31,515 nucleotides of DNA, taken from NCBI GenBank assembly GCA_040222015.1, contig JAVJWO010000126.1, positions 1 to 31,515 on the forward strand, written 5' to 3'. This DNA comes from Coleofasciculus chthonoplastes F2-STO-03. GTDB taxonomy: Bacteria; Cyanobacteriota; Cyanobacteriia; Cyanobacteriales; Coleofasciculaceae. Position numbers and translations under genes: made by a program. Shown piece by piece: positions 31,232 to 31,515 of the stretch (within the stretch, counting starts at the first letter, position 1; every line of letters starts with the position of its first letter). The notes below the pieces were generated by a model. That model saw only the letters and a list, made by a program, of their open reading frames with translations, did no database searches and had not been told where the DNA came from.

Positions 31232-31515
31232 AATGTGATTGTTCATAGGTCTTATGTCTTATGTCTTATGTCATGTAGGGGCGACCCACACCGCGTCAAT
31301 ATCCATGTAGGGGCGACCCGCCTGCATTAATTCACAACGGTAGTCCACTCAATAGGCTCGGGTCGCCCTCCGCCCAAAGGTTCAAGCGATCGCATAAAAT
31401 GTGATTGTTCATAGGTCTTATGTCATAGGTCTTATGTCATGTAGGGGCGACCCACACCGCGTCAATATCCATGTTCGACCCTCCAGCATTAATTCAAAAA
31501 GCAAGTCCACACAAT
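31220..31515 (+). repeat. Tandem duplication with 166-bp period, each unit starting at a HIP1 site
   Basis: GCGATCGCATAAAATGTGATTGTTCATAGGTCTTATGTC at 31220 and 31386; second unit runs off the window. Confidence 0.85.

Noticed and set aside
31220..31515. Possible CRISPR array
   Set aside because: Two long duplicated units with no unique spacers; no cas genes in the window

Overview
Cyanobacterial chromosomal DNA: at least 26 HIP1 octamers (GCGATCGC), STRR heptamer tracts and GTAG...CTAC palindromes point to a filamentous, Coleofasciculus/Microcoleus-like genome (inference). Housekeeping genes: nnr, glcD, a beta-carbonic anhydrase, miaA, gyrB, an AgcS/AlsT symporter, a long-chain acyl-CoA/ACP synthetase and pyk. 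The standout is gyrB with two inteins placed at the two acidic motifs of the TOPRIM domain. One is a 215-aa mini-intein; the other is a 551-aa Ser-start intein ending in Arg-Asn that carries both an XRE-like HTH and a LAGLIDADG domain. Accessory content: a Phd/VapC toxin-antitoxin pair; a DUF29 / DNA-methyltransferase deletion scar; a PEP-CTERM surface protein preceded by eight half-sites in four 11-bp-spaced pairs; a cNMP-AAA-membrane ferredoxin protein with a divergent 28-aa membrane smORF missing from the ORF track; an HTH fusion protein with a perfect 18-bp upstream palindrome; a three-gene TPR / exported protein / TPR-CHAT protease operon; and many MITE/REP-like elements, some nested and some translated in frame. 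I saw no rRNA, tRNA or CRISPR array. All family calls come from motif recognition by eye; no searches were run.
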